Below, piece by piece: positions 1 to 9,022 of a DNA stretch of 42,635 nucleotides; within the stretch, counting starts at the first letter, position 1, and each line of letters starts with the position of its first letter. Below the pieces are notes generated by a model. It saw only the letters and a list, made by a program, of their open reading frames with translations, did no database searches and had not been told where the DNA came from. Origin of the DNA: a virus (Duplodnaviria; Caudoviricetes); IMG/VR virus record IMGVR_UViG_3300010206_000012, positions 1 through 42,635 of that record; one strand, given 5' to 3'. The translations under genes and the position numbers were made by a program.

Positions 1-4
1 CCCG

Positions 5-340
5 ATGTGTGGCGGGCCGGTATCCGATGACGTTCGCGCCGACACGATCTATTGCAGCAAGCTTTGCCAGAGACGGGCGAGCAAGGCTTATGCGCGCGGC
101 AAACGCGAGAAGACGTGCGCTCACTGCGGCAAGCCGTTCCTTGCCCATCACGACACGCAAAGGTTCTGTTCGGTGCAATGCGGCCACAAGGTCGCACCGA
201 TCGAGCCCAAGCCCTGCGCCCATTGCGGCGCGATGTTCATTGGCAGACATGCGCAACGATTCTGCGGCAAAGGCTGCGTCACGGCGGCGCGCTGGGCGGC
301 GGGAACAATGACCCTGCCACCGAAGCGGGGCAAGGGCTGA
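5..340 (+). CDS. Cys-rich Zn-binding repeat protein (possibly 5'-truncated), outside the prophage
   Basis: Repeated CxxCG..F......FCS/GxxC units (CAHCGKPF..QRFCSVQC; CAHCGAMF..QRFCGKGC); typical of phage/HNH-associated Zn ribbons. Confidence 0.55.
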   Translation: MCGGPVSDDVRADTIYCSKLCQRRASKAYARGKREKTCAHCGKPFLAHHDTQRFCSVQCGHKVAPIEPKPCAHCGAMFIGRHAQRFCGKGCVTAARWAAGTMTLPPKRGKG

Positions 341-370
341 CCCGTTCCCCCGGTGTTCCCCAGCCCGAAA

Positions 371-396
371 CGAGAAAAGCCCCCTTGCGGGGGCTT
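371..396 (-). terminator. Rho-independent terminator downstream of the tRNA 3' copy
   Basis: Minus strand AAGCCCCC-GCAA-GGGGGCTT followed by TTCTCGTTT. Confidence 0.7.
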
Positions 397-427
397 GCTC
401 GTAAATCCCTGCTTTCGTTGGGATTTT

Positions 428-473
428 TGGCTCCGGCGGTAGGGATCGAACCTACGACCAATTGATTAACAGT
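428..473 (-). repeat. att core: duplicated 3' 46 nt of tRNA-Asn(GTT), left prophage junction
   Basis: Minus strand ACTGTTAATCAATTGGTCGTAGGTTCGATCCCTACCGCCGGAGCCA gives anticodon loop GTT, T-arm and CCA; the 5' half is absent; identical to 42615-42635 where that is visible. Confidence 0.93.
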
Positions 474-538
474 AATCACAACATTTAGTATACTCAACGG
501 CTTGGCATCCGACGAGTAGTTTCTTGCTCTATTTGTTG

Positions 539-847
539 TCAATGGCTTACGGGGTGCATCGACTTGTAGATGTCGGACTGCCGATCGGCGGCTGATACTG
601 CCAGCGCCCTCGCTCGATCGCAGTCAATCAGCGCATCACCGAGCCGAGTGATCCCTACCGCGTCATCCGCCAACCGCGGCCCATCACCCAGAAGATCCTG
701 CGGATCCGCGCACGCGCGCCGGGCAGCGGCTGGCACGACAATTTGCGGCACCGCAGTTTCAACGGGCGCCCCAGTGGGCCTTGATTTCGGCGCGCACCCC
801 TGCAGGCAGGCCAGGGCGAGACAGATCAAGATCGCGGTCAAACGCAT
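539..847 (-). CDS. o-spanin (Rz1-like lipoprotein)
   Basis: ATG at 847, MRLTAILICLALACLQGC lipobox, Pro-rich linker, two further Cys; overlaps the 3' end of the i-spanin in another frame. Confidence 0.8.
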   Translation of the reverse strand: MRLTAILICLALACLQGCAPKSRPTGAPVETAVPQIVVPAAARRACADPQDLLGDGPRLADDAVGITRLGDALIDCDRARALAVSAADRQSDIYKSMHPVSH

Positions 848-1130
848 CGAAGAGCTTCCTTTCCGCAGCCGCGCGCGCCGCGCGGGCCTGGTCGATATCC
901 GCAGCCATCTGCTCGAGCTGCGCTTGCGCCGCAGTGGCCCGCGCGAGCGCATCGTTCTGCCGGGCGATTGCAGCCGCCACGGCTGACGCCACGGCCTTCT
1001 GTGCTTCGGCTTGCTGTTGTGCGAATGATGCCGTTGCGCGCTCAAGCCGAAGCGTCTGAACAGCCGCAACGCCGATCGCGAGCGCACACAGGGCCGCCAG
1101 CGCCAGCTGCACAGGATTGAGCCGGATCAT
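759..1130 (-). CDS. i-spanin (Rz-like)
   Basis: N-terminal TM (LALAALCALAIGVAAV) followed by an Ala/Gln-rich coiled coil; overlaps the lipoprotein gene. Confidence 0.78.
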   Translation of the reverse strand: MIRLNPVQLALAALCALAIGVAAVQTLRLERATASFAQQQAEAQKAVASAVAAAIARQNDALARATAAQAQLEQMAADIDQARAARAAAERKLFDAFDRDLDLSRPGLPAGVRAEIKAHWGAR

Positions 1131-1360
1131 TGGCCGTCTCCCCAGCCCCAGCGCGGCGGCACCGGTCGACCCAGGCGGATCGAGGCCATGCCGGAATACA
1201 TGATCTCGGCAGCGTCTGACGCGGTTCTGGGGCTATACCCGCAGTCCAGCAACAGCGCCGTGAGATGGCGCGGCTCGAGCGCGTCGAGCGGGTGTTCCGG
1301 CCGCGATTGGCTTCGCAGCCGCTCGCGCAAATCGGCGATGGAGATAACCGCTTTTGTCAT
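1127..1360 (-). CDS. Hypothetical protein (77 aa, MTKAVISIADL...)
   Basis: ATGA overlaps with both neighbours. Confidence 0.6.
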   Translation of the reverse strand: MTKAVISIADLRERLRSQSRPEHPLDALEPRHLTALLLDCGYSPRTASDAAEIMYSGMASIRLGRPVPPRWGWGDGQ

Positions 1361-3351
1361 GCCAGCAACCCGTTCAGCTGCGCCTCGGTCAGTTCCGCAT
1401 TGACGAACACGATGCGCCTGATGGTGCCCGCCCAGCTGCGCAGGCCGTCGTCGCGGTTGCCCACCACAAGCTGTGTCGCCGCTGTCGGCGTGCATGATGT
1501 ATCCGTGCCCCTCGTCGTCCCGTCTACAGACACGATAGTGCTGTTCGCCTTCGCGCGGGCGGCGAGACGGCACGCGGTACTTACTGCCTTCAAGATGCTT
1601 GTGGCCGAACTCGGAAGAGCGGCTAGCTGCGACGTTCCGCCGGTATACATGACTACGTTTGCGTAGCCATTGCCGCCCGTGGTCGACCATGTCAACGCGA
1701 GAAGCTGGTCCGTGGCTGCGCCGTCCGCCCCGTCGTCTATAGCCACCAAATACTGCGGAAGGGACGATCCGGGTAGCACAGACCCCGTAACGCCTGTGGC
1801 CGCAATCGCATAAGAGGCGGCGAGTGTCGGCAGCGCCACCCTGTCTATGCCACCTGTCTGCACGATAGCGCCCGCCGTCCGCGCCGCCGCAATCGAGGCA
1901 TAGGCGGTGCCGTTGACATAGGCGCGGTCGTTCTCGTAATCCAGATCGATGTAAGCGTTCGCCGTCCACCAATCCGAGGGCGCGGCGGCCACGGGACCGA
2001 CAGCGTTTGACCCTGCCGAGGTACTTCCGTCCGCGTTCGTGGCCGTGACGACTACGGTCATAGACGCGCCAACGTCCGCCGCTTGCAAGAGGTACGTCGA
2101 GGCCGTCGCCCCGCTTACCGGCGTCCCGCCGCGCTCCCATGCATAGGTGTAGCCCGACGGGCTTCCGGTCCACGTCCCGGTAGAGGCGGTGAGCGTCTGC
2201 CCCTCGGTCGGCGTTCCGGTGATCGCTGGCAACGCGGTATTCACCGGGGGTGCCGCCGTCCCGACCGATATGCTCGCCGTCGGGCTTGACGTCCCGGCGT
2301 ATGAGCGCGCCCGCAAGCGTACCTCGCGCGCGCCCGATCCGCCAACGGTGACGCTAAACGTGTCGCCCGGCGCAACCCACGTCTGCGGAAACACAACCTG
2401 TTCCGTGTACGCGCCCGTAGACCCCGCCGCCCGGTACTCCACGACGTACGCAGGCGGTTGCGGGTCCGGCACCGTGATCGTGATAACGCCGTCCGACGAC
2501 TGCACAGGCGCGGCGGGCGTAGCGGGCGCCGCAGCTTGCCACGCCGCTATGCGGTTGAGCCACGCCGCCGCCCGAGTGCCTGCGTTGCGGTGCCCCTGCG
2601 CGGTGAAGTGCGAAGGGTCCGTAACCGGATCGATCTGCGTCCCGAACGACGCCGGGACATAGATACACCCGCTTGTGTTGAGCGGGATGGCCTTGTGCGC
2701 CGCGTCGATAACCTGCCGATACGGCAGGTCGGCGAGCGCGCCGTAAAAACGCTCTGGCACCATTTGGTGCAAGAACACTTCCATCGCTGCCGCCCCGGCC
2801 ACGGCGCGAACGCCCGCCAACATATTGTTGAACGCCGTCGTGTAGTTAACCGCAGTAACCGCGTCGTTCGCGTCTTCTTCGCCCTGCGTCCACGACATAA
2901 ACACGCGCGCTCCGGGGAATGCCGCGAGGCACGCCGTCATTCTCGAAATCATCGTCGTGTACGTGGCGCCGCCCACCCCAAGCGAACCGCCCGTGAGCTT
3001 CGCCCCTCCAACCGCACAGTTGACAATGACAACCTTCTTTGCGGGGTTCTGCCGTGCAAGCAACTCCTGCGCGAGCTTGAACGCGCGAAGCGGCGCTTGC
3101 TGCGATCCCGATGGCCACCCTGTCAACGGCTGCACCGCCGCGACGTCCACGCCGCCCGTTGCATCCCAACGGCGGATGCGCCCCGATGCGTCTTGATCAA
3201 GACCGGCGTCGATCAAGTTGCCCGTGAGGTTTGCCCCCTGTTCGTTGCTCTGACCATAGGCAAGGATGATGACATCCGTGTTGATTTCGTAGTCGGAAAC
3301 GCCGTCGCCGCCACCGCTTCCGAACATGGCAGAGAGACCGAGGCCGAACAT
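1357..3351 (-). CDS. Putative head fibre/spike: SGNH sialate-O-acetylesterase-type domain + FN3 + Ig-like + LamG/ConA-like domain
   Basis: MFGLGLS N-terminus; SGNH blocks GQSN, AVGG, WTQGEED, DPSH; Ig repeat PPVNTALPAITGTP..TGTW..YTYAW; C-terminal VVGNR..WAGTIRRI; TGATG coupling to the upstream gene. Confidence 0.75.
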   Translation of the reverse strand: MFGLGLSAMFGSGGGDGVSDYEINTDVIILAYGQSNEQGANLTGNLIDAGLDQDASGRIRRWDATGGVDVAAVQPLTGWPSGSQQAPLRAFKLAQELLARQNPAKKVVIVNCAVGGAKLTGGSLGVGGATYTTMISRMTACLAAFPGARVFMSWTQGEEDANDAVTAVNYTTAFNNMLAGVRAVAGAAAMEVFLHQMVPERFYGALADLPYRQVIDAAHKAIPLNTSGCIYVPASFGTQIDPVTDPSHFTAQGHRNAGTRAAAWLNRIAAWQAAAPATPAAPVQSSDGVITITVPDPQPPAYVVEYRAAGSTGAYTEQVVFPQTWVAPGDTFSVTVGGSGAREVRLRARSYAGTSSPTASISVGTAAPPVNTALPAITGTPTEGQTLTASTGTWTGSPSGYTYAWERGGTPVSGATASTYLLQAADVGASMTVVVTATNADGSTSAGSNAVGPVAAAPSDWWTANAYIDLDYENDRAYVNGTAYASIAAARTAGAIVQTGGIDRVALPTLAASYAIAATGVTGSVLPGSSLPQYLVAIDDGADGAATDQLLALTWSTTGGNGYANVVMYTGGTSQLAALPSSATSILKAVSTACRLAARAKANSTIVSVDGTTRGTDTSCTPTAATQLVVGNRDDGLRSWAGTIRRIVFVNAELTEAQLNGLLA

Positions 3352-3617
3352 CACTCCCATCCCGTCAAGCCGGTGGCGGTGGTGCCGGTGGCCCAAATCC
3401 GGCTCGCCCAGATCGAATAGCTGCCCACCGGCAGCGGCCCGGTGGTGCAAATTTCGGCGGTGCGCGAATGGGTATAGCGGATCGTGCCGCCCGCGGTGCC
3501 GATGGTGATGGCGCGCACCGGCACGGTCAGGTCCGCGCTGTCGCTGGGCGTGATCGCCCGCGCCGAAAGGGCAGGGCCGTCAAGGCCGATGGGATGATCA
3601 CGGAACTTGTTGGTCAT
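3351..3617 (-). CDS. Head-spike base protein, RcGTA GhsA (Rcc01079)-like
   Basis: GLDGPA..A.AITPSDSADL.VPVRAI.IGTAG...RIWATGTTATGL matches the recalled family pattern. Confidence 0.75.
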   Translation of the reverse strand: MTNKFRDHPIGLDGPALSARAITPSDSADLTVPVRAITIGTAGGTIRYTHSRTAEICTTGPLPVGSYSIWASRIWATGTTATGLTGWE

Positions 3618-3629
3618 GTCGACGTCCTT

Positions 3630-4397
3630 TCAGGTGTTGATCATGCACTTGTCGCGCTCATCTGCGCGGCGCACGACCAGGCCGCGCATCACGCGCCGCC
3701 CGGCTTTGTTGAACCAGGTGATCGCATCGCAGGCGCCCGGCACATCGCCCGCATTAAGCCGACGCATCGCCGTCGATCGGCCGCAGCCATCCACACCGAT
3801 GTTGAACCCGAGGCTTGAGAACGCCGCGTCCCGCGTGGGCGGCAGGCGCAGCATGATCGTCTCGGCGGTGTAGTAGCGGCGCAGCCCGTTGCGGTGCTGC
3901 ACCCCATCGGCGCGCAACCGGGCGCGGCACTCGGGCAGCGTCATGCGCATCCCCATTTGCACGCCCGCTGTCGATCCCGCACAAATCGTCGGGATGCCGA
4001 CCGGATCGCGGTAGGCAACCAGCACCATGCCCTCATGCCGCTCAAGCATCGGCAGCAGGATCGCCAGCGTCGCGGGCTCCTGCGCAGCGTATCTCGCCTG
4101 CGCTTGCGCGGCATCGTCGGCGCGCGTCGCCACGGCCGAAACGACGACGATCAGCGCGACCGTGGCCCAAAGGCGGATATGATCCACCCAGGCGCGGCCG
4201 GATTGCTCGACGAGCCGCCCGACCAGAGAGGCGAGCAAGAGCCCAAGCGCAATCAGCCACATCATGTAAGGATCAGTGTCGATCCCGGTCAGCCGATAGC
4301 GCAGCTCGGGCGCCACCAGGGCGACGACGCCCGCCACCGTCGCCCAGAACGAAAACGACCTCGCGACAACCCGCCGCCAGTCCGACACAAGTTTCAT
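3630..4397 (-). CDS. Endolysin (GH24/T4-type lysozyme) with N-terminal holin-like multi-TM extension
   Basis: Catalytic E-x8-D-x5-T in RHEGMVLVAYRDPVGIPT; FNIG; GLVVRR; three hydrophobic segments at the N-terminus; ATG at 4397 overlaps the upstream stop. Confidence 0.88.
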   Translation of the reverse strand: MKLVSDWRRVVARSFSFWATVAGVVALVAPELRYRLTGIDTDPYMMWLIALGLLLASLVGRLVEQSGRAWVDHIRLWATVALIVVVSAVATRADDAAQAQARYAAQEPATLAILLPMLERHEGMVLVAYRDPVGIPTICAGSTAGVQMGMRMTLPECRARLRADGVQHRNGLRRYYTAETIMLRLPPTRDAAFSSLGFNIGVDGCGRSTAMRRLNAGDVPGACDAITWFNKAGRRVMRGLVVRRADERDKCMINT

Positions 4398-4627
4398 TTC
4401 GCCACCCTCCCGATCAGTTCCTTGATGTCGTCGCGCACCTCGCGCAGCATCGCGTTCGTCGTCTCGCGCGCTTCTTTCTGGGCGCGCAAATCTTCGTCGC
4501 GCTGGTGCCAGATCCGGCGGATTTCCGCGGCGTTGGTCTTGGCCGAAAACTCGACGCGCAGCGCCCAAGAAATGAGCCCGATCACGCCCAAGATCACCGC
4601 CCACCAGTCCTTCAGTTCCTGCATCAT
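4394..4627 (-). CDS. Small single-TM coiled-coil lysis-region protein (holin/antiholin candidate)
   Basis: MMQELKDWWAVILGVIGLISWAL TM then a charged coiled coil; GAGGGG RBS; directly upstream of the endolysin. Confidence 0.6.
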   Translation of the reverse strand: MMQELKDWWAVILGVIGLISWALRVEFSAKTNAAEIRRIWHQRDEDLRAQKEARETTNAMLREVRDDIKELIGRVAK

Positions 4628-4634
4628 GTGCCCC

Positions 4635-6545
4635 TCAGTCTCGCCGCACGGCGATGTAAATCGTGGTGCCCGCCGGGATCGCGGCGGCAGTGACGTTGCG
4701 CAGCACCACGGCCACCCGGCCGGAGACGGTGGCGGATTGATCGTGCACAGCCTCGACAATGACGCCCGTCACGCCCTGCTGCAGCATCGCGTCGAAATGC
4801 TGGTAGGAGCCATCCGCAAGGCAGTGGAAGAAGGACGCGCCAAAGGTTGCCCCGGCGGCCAGCGGCGCGGCGAGCGTGAGCTTCGCCAGAAACACGGTCT
4901 GGAACAGCATGTGGCCGCCATTGAACCCGGCAAGCGCCGTGCCCAGCGGCACCAGCGTCACGGCTCCGCCAAGCGACAGACCGGCACGGATGCGCCAGCT
5001 CGACGCGGCGACAAGGTCCGGCGTGAGATGCCGCTCATCGAAGATCTGCGCATCGCAGAAATCGATTTGGGCACCATTCCAATGGCCTTTGAAGATCTGG
5101 GTCGGGGTGGCGTCAAGCAGGCCGATGCCGCCCAGCCAGGTGCTGATGCGCACCGACGGGCGCGGCACAGCATGGCCCGCAATCTGGTTGTCGCAAAACG
5201 CGCCGCCGCCGTGCGTGAAGTCGATGGCGATCATGTTGATCTCAGGCCCGTCATCGGAACAGGCCACGCCCACCCGGCGCAGGAAGGTTGTGGCCTCGGT
5301 CACGAAATTCCCGCGAATGGAGATGCCCTGAATGACGCAATCGGAGGTTTCGGAAGAGATCTCGATGACGGCGCCGCAATTTGCGATCGCATCGAATTCG
5401 ATGGTCGTGTTCAACACGTTCTTGTCGGCGGCCGTCGCCGCCAGCTGGATCGCGCAGCCGCAGCTGTGGCATTCGGGAATGTAGATATGAGCCAGATCGG
5501 TGCCCCGAATGGAAATCCCGTATCCCGAAAACTGATGCAGCTGGGGCAGACAGGTCCAGCCCAGCATCGACCCGGATACGGCAATGATGCCGATCGACGG
5601 GCCACCGCCCCCCGGCAGGGGGCGCAGGATCGCATTGCGATGCGCCTCCACGCTGGCCGCGATAGGCATGACCAAGGTGGTGGCAATCGCATAATCGCCG
5701 GAGAAATAGACGCTCCGGCCGATGCCCGCCGCCGACCAGTTCAGCGCTTTCTGCAAGGCCGCGGCGCTGTCTGTGTAAACGCCCAGCGTCGGGGCCTGCA
5801 CGGCGCCGAACGCCTCGACCGGAATGGGGTTGGTCGACGCCAGAACAGACAGACGCACGCCGCCGGAGGCGCTGTAATCCAGATCCCCGCCCGAAGCGAC
5901 GCGCTCGAAGACGGTGCCCGAAAGCGCGAACACCACCACCCGGCTGCCCACGGCAAGCTGGGCGGGCGTCAGCGCGGCCAGATCGGCAAAAACGGCGCGG
6001 TGCAGCGGCACGGTGGCGGCCGCCGTCTGCGCTTGCATCTGGGCAGCCAGCGCGGCTTCCGCGTGGCCCTCGGCCGCGGCGATCTCGTCGACGGTCGGGC
6101 CTGCGTCCACCCGGCCATCGCCCCAGACGAGCACATGGCCGGGGCTGGGCACTACCGGGGCCATCGCACCGCGCACGCGCACCGCGCCGCCTGCGCGCGC
6201 CTGCAGCTCCTGCAGCGCCATGGTCAGCCGATCGAGCTGGGCCTCCATGCCCACCTCGCGCTCGCCGCTCCGGGCCTCCCAGATCTGCAGGGCAGGGGTC
6301 TCGCGGTCGATCCAGAGCTTGCGACCATCATGCGCCAGCGCGGCCGCGACAGTGAGATAGACATTCCCCTCGCTGTCCGAAGTGGCGGGCGTCACGGTGT
6401 AATCCGTGCTCGCCAGCATCACCGGCGCCCCGTCGATGATCACGCTCACCGTGATGGCGCCATCGGCATAGGGATGCGGGATCGTATAGGGGCCGATCCC
6501 CATCACGGGGTGTTCAGCGGCCTGTTCGAATGCGTCGATCGTCAT
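4635..6545 (-). CDS. Tail fibre/tailspike with beta-helix (pectate-lyase-like) region
   Basis: T7-fibre-like N-terminal anchor (PYTIPHPY..DYTV..RETP..Q..LDRLTMALQE); EAFGA..DSAAALQKAL beta-helix start motif. Confidence 0.75.
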   Translation of the reverse strand: MTIDAFEQAAEHPVMGIGPYTIPHPYADGAITVSVIIDGAPVMLASTDYTVTPATSDSEGNVYLTVAAALAHDGRKLWIDRETPALQIWEARSGEREVGMEAQLDRLTMALQELQARAGGAVRVRGAMAPVVPSPGHVLVWGDGRVDAGPTVDEIAAAEGHAEAALAAQMQAQTAAATVPLHRAVFADLAALTPAQLAVGSRVVVFALSGTVFERVASGGDLDYSASGGVRLSVLASTNPIPVEAFGAVQAPTLGVYTDSAAALQKALNWSAAGIGRSVYFSGDYAIATTLVMPIAASVEAHRNAILRPLPGGGGPSIGIIAVSGSMLGWTCLPQLHQFSGYGISIRGTDLAHIYIPECHSCGCAIQLAATAADKNVLNTTIEFDAIANCGAVIEISSETSDCVIQGISIRGNFVTEATTFLRRVGVACSDDGPEINMIAIDFTHGGGAFCDNQIAGHAVPRPSVRISTWLGGIGLLDATPTQIFKGHWNGAQIDFCDAQIFDERHLTPDLVAASSWRIRAGLSLGGAVTLVPLGTALAGFNGGHMLFQTVFLAKLTLAAPLAAGATFGASFFHCLADGSYQHFDAMLQQGVTGVIVEAVHDQSATVSGRVAVVLRNVTAAAIPAGTTIYIAVRRD

Positions 6546-9022
6546 TGATTGCCTCCCAAGGCATTCCCAAGGTCAGGCAGACGTGAGGGTTTGTTTTGGC
6601 CGTGCTGCCACCAGAAGCCCGTGCCGTAGTCGCGTTGTTGCTGGCGCATGTAGCGGTGGAAATCTGCTTCGGCGCTGGGGTCGATGAAGCGCAGCATGTT
6701 GTCTTCGACCAGCCGCCCAAACGCCGTGCGGATGGCCCAGTTCGACGCCAGCGGATTGTTGCGCAGCACGAACTTCGCATTGTCCTTGGCGAAATGCGTC
6801 TCTTTCCCTTGGAAAGCCTTGACGACATTGGGGCCGTTGGCGCGCATCGCGTCGGCGATCAGGCCAACCGTTGGTCCCGCCAGAACCTCGGCCAAGTCGC
6901 CCCCGGTGCGGCTGGTGGCGCTGGTCAGGAAATCGCCCAGAATGCCGATTGATCCGCCCTGCAGGAAGGCCGCAATCCAGAACTCCGGCGTATCCATCGG
7001 GCGCGGGTCGCGGCCCTTGATGATTTCGCGCAACTGCAGCGAGAACGCCCCGAACAATGTCGACGCCGCCGCCAGCGATGCGGCCCAGGCAAGCCCCCTC
7101 GCGCCACCAACGTCGCGCGCGCGGCGCTGCACATTGATCATCATCATCACCGGATAGGATTTGAACTGCTTGCCGGATCGAATGAACTCGCCCCAAAACG
7201 TGCCCGGCGCCGTTCCCGCCGTCATCGCGGCTGTTGCTGCCGCGTTGCGCGTGGGCAGCGCCATTTCCACAAAGTCTTCGATGACCCCACCCAGCTTGAT
7301 CGCGATTTCTTCGGCTTCGGCACGTGGCAGGCTGGTGTTTTCCAAAAACCACTTCGGGTTGATGTGCTTGCCGCCCACCGGGTCGGTGAAGATCGCGCCG
7401 CTGTCGCGCACTGCGTCCCAATCCGCCGGGGTGAATTCGCGGTTGCGCAGGAGGTTTTTCGTGTTGCGCGGCAGCTTGTCGAAGCTGCGATCCGCAAGCT
7501 TTGCCAGATCCGCGCCGAACGCGGCGAACATCGACATCCGTTCGCGGTTGTCGATATAGGTCATCGCATTGAAGCGCATGGCCGTTTCGCTCAGCCAATT
7601 GCTCCAGTTCGACGACCAGATATCGCGGTCTGCCGAGATCCGGCCTTGGTTGTAACTGTGGGTTCGCTCCAGGATGAACCCCAGCTCGCGGCCCGTTTGC
7701 GCGTCCATGCCCAGGGTGGTCAGGTGGAAGGTTTCCTTCACCAGCTCCTTGATCGGCGAAAACGGGCTCATCCCGGCGGCCATCGAACTGAAGGCCATGG
7801 CTGGAATGTCGGTCATCATCGTCAGCGGCGACGAACCCAGCATGCTTGCCACGTTATAGTTGCGCACGTCGGAGCCGATCGCGGCAAGCACTTCGGAGCC
7901 CGGGTCATTGGCGCGGCCGCTCAGAACGCTCATCGTTCCGCGTGCCAGCTTCGCGCGCCAATGCAGTTTTTGCAGGCGCTTTTCCGCCTTCGGGCCACCC
8001 GCCATTTCGATGGCCTTTTCCGCCGTTTGAACGGCAAATTCCAAGCCCCCGGCCGGGTTCGGCCCAAAGCGGCGCATCAAGGCGATATCGCGCGCCATGC
8101 CGCCAAAATGGTTGATGATCGCCTCGAAAGGGTTGGCCGCGCCGAAAAGTTCGTTGTAGGCCATCCAGCCATCTGCATCCTTGAAATGCAGCACGCGGTG
8201 CCCAGTGCGGGCATTCTTTAGCCCGGCTGCGCCGAAGCTCATGCCCGGTTCGCGCTTCAGCCAGCCATGCCGGGTGCGGTTGCCGTAAAGCTCTTGCAGG
8301 AACTTGCGCGCATCCGCCTCAAGCGGCTTTGCCCCCTTGGCAACGGCAAAGGGCTTTCCGGTGTCGAAATTCTCGATCCGGCTCCAATCAAGGTTGGTAT
8401 AGAGCGCGCGAAACCATGCCTCGAAACCGGCCTTCTTGATCTTGGCCCAGTTGTGCGTATGCGGCAGGCCCCAATCGTCCAGCTTCGGAATGTCCATGCC
8501 GTAGCTGTTCGCAAGGCTGCGGGCGCGCTCGTATTGCTTCAAGATCGCCTCGGCCATCGCCTTGGCTGTCGCGTTGCCGCTGTTCTCGCCGAACAACTCT
8601 CGCACCACATCGCGCAGGCTGGATCGCTGACGAACCTCCCCAATAAGGTTGCGGGCGTGCGCGTTCATGAAGTCCGTGATGCCGCCAAGGAACTGGCGTT
8701 TCAGCCCCGCCTCTTCGCGCTCGGCCATCAACAGGTCTTCCTGAATTTGTGCCGGTCCCTTTTCGGCATCGGCATAGCGCGGGCCTTTTTCTTTCATCCA
8801 TTGCAGCCGTTTCAGCTCATAGTGCTGGCGGGCTTTTGCGCGTCTGGTGAAGCTGGCAACCACCTCATCACCAGCGGCAATGCGCGCATCCGCCTCCGTC
8901 ATGCGCTCGCTCAGCTTGTAGCGCTCAACCAGATCGAGGTATTCCTTCTGCGCCATGTCGGCGCGCGCCGGATCGACCTTTCCCGCCGCCTTCGCTGCCA
9001 TCAAGCAAGCGTCGAAATCCAT
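6542..9022 (-). CDS. Internal virion (ejection) protein
   Basis: 826 aa; GEFIRS..QFKSYP, GRDPRP and LQGGSIGILGDFL motifs seen in podophage ejection proteins; position before the tailspike. Confidence 0.65.
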   Translation of the reverse strand: MDFDACLMAAKAAGKVDPARADMAQKEYLDLVERYKLSERMTEADARIAAGDEVVASFTRRAKARQHYELKRLQWMKEKGPRYADAEKGPAQIQEDLLMAEREEAGLKRQFLGGITDFMNAHARNLIGEVRQRSSLRDVVRELFGENSGNATAKAMAEAILKQYERARSLANSYGMDIPKLDDWGLPHTHNWAKIKKAGFEAWFRALYTNLDWSRIENFDTGKPFAVAKGAKPLEADARKFLQELYGNRTRHGWLKREPGMSFGAAGLKNARTGHRVLHFKDADGWMAYNELFGAANPFEAIINHFGGMARDIALMRRFGPNPAGGLEFAVQTAEKAIEMAGGPKAEKRLQKLHWRAKLARGTMSVLSGRANDPGSEVLAAIGSDVRNYNVASMLGSSPLTMMTDIPAMAFSSMAAGMSPFSPIKELVKETFHLTTLGMDAQTGRELGFILERTHSYNQGRISADRDIWSSNWSNWLSETAMRFNAMTYIDNRERMSMFAAFGADLAKLADRSFDKLPRNTKNLLRNREFTPADWDAVRDSGAIFTDPVGGKHINPKWFLENTSLPRAEAEEIAIKLGGVIEDFVEMALPTRNAAATAAMTAGTAPGTFWGEFIRSGKQFKSYPVMMMINVQRRARDVGGARGLAWAASLAAASTLFGAFSLQLREIIKGRDPRPMDTPEFWIAAFLQGGSIGILGDFLTSATSRTGGDLAEVLAGPTVGLIADAMRANGPNVVKAFQGKETHFAKDNAKFVLRNNPLASNWAIRTAFGRLVEDNMLRFIDPSAEADFHRYMRQQQRDYGTGFWWQHGQNKPSRLPDLGNALGGNQ

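Noticed and set aside
428-473. Intact tRNA gene
   Set aside because: The D-arm and 5' acceptor strand are missing; it is the att duplication
4635-6545. Diversity-generating retroelement, as in BPP-1
   Set aside because: No reverse transcriptase ORF and no TR/VR repeat pair noticed
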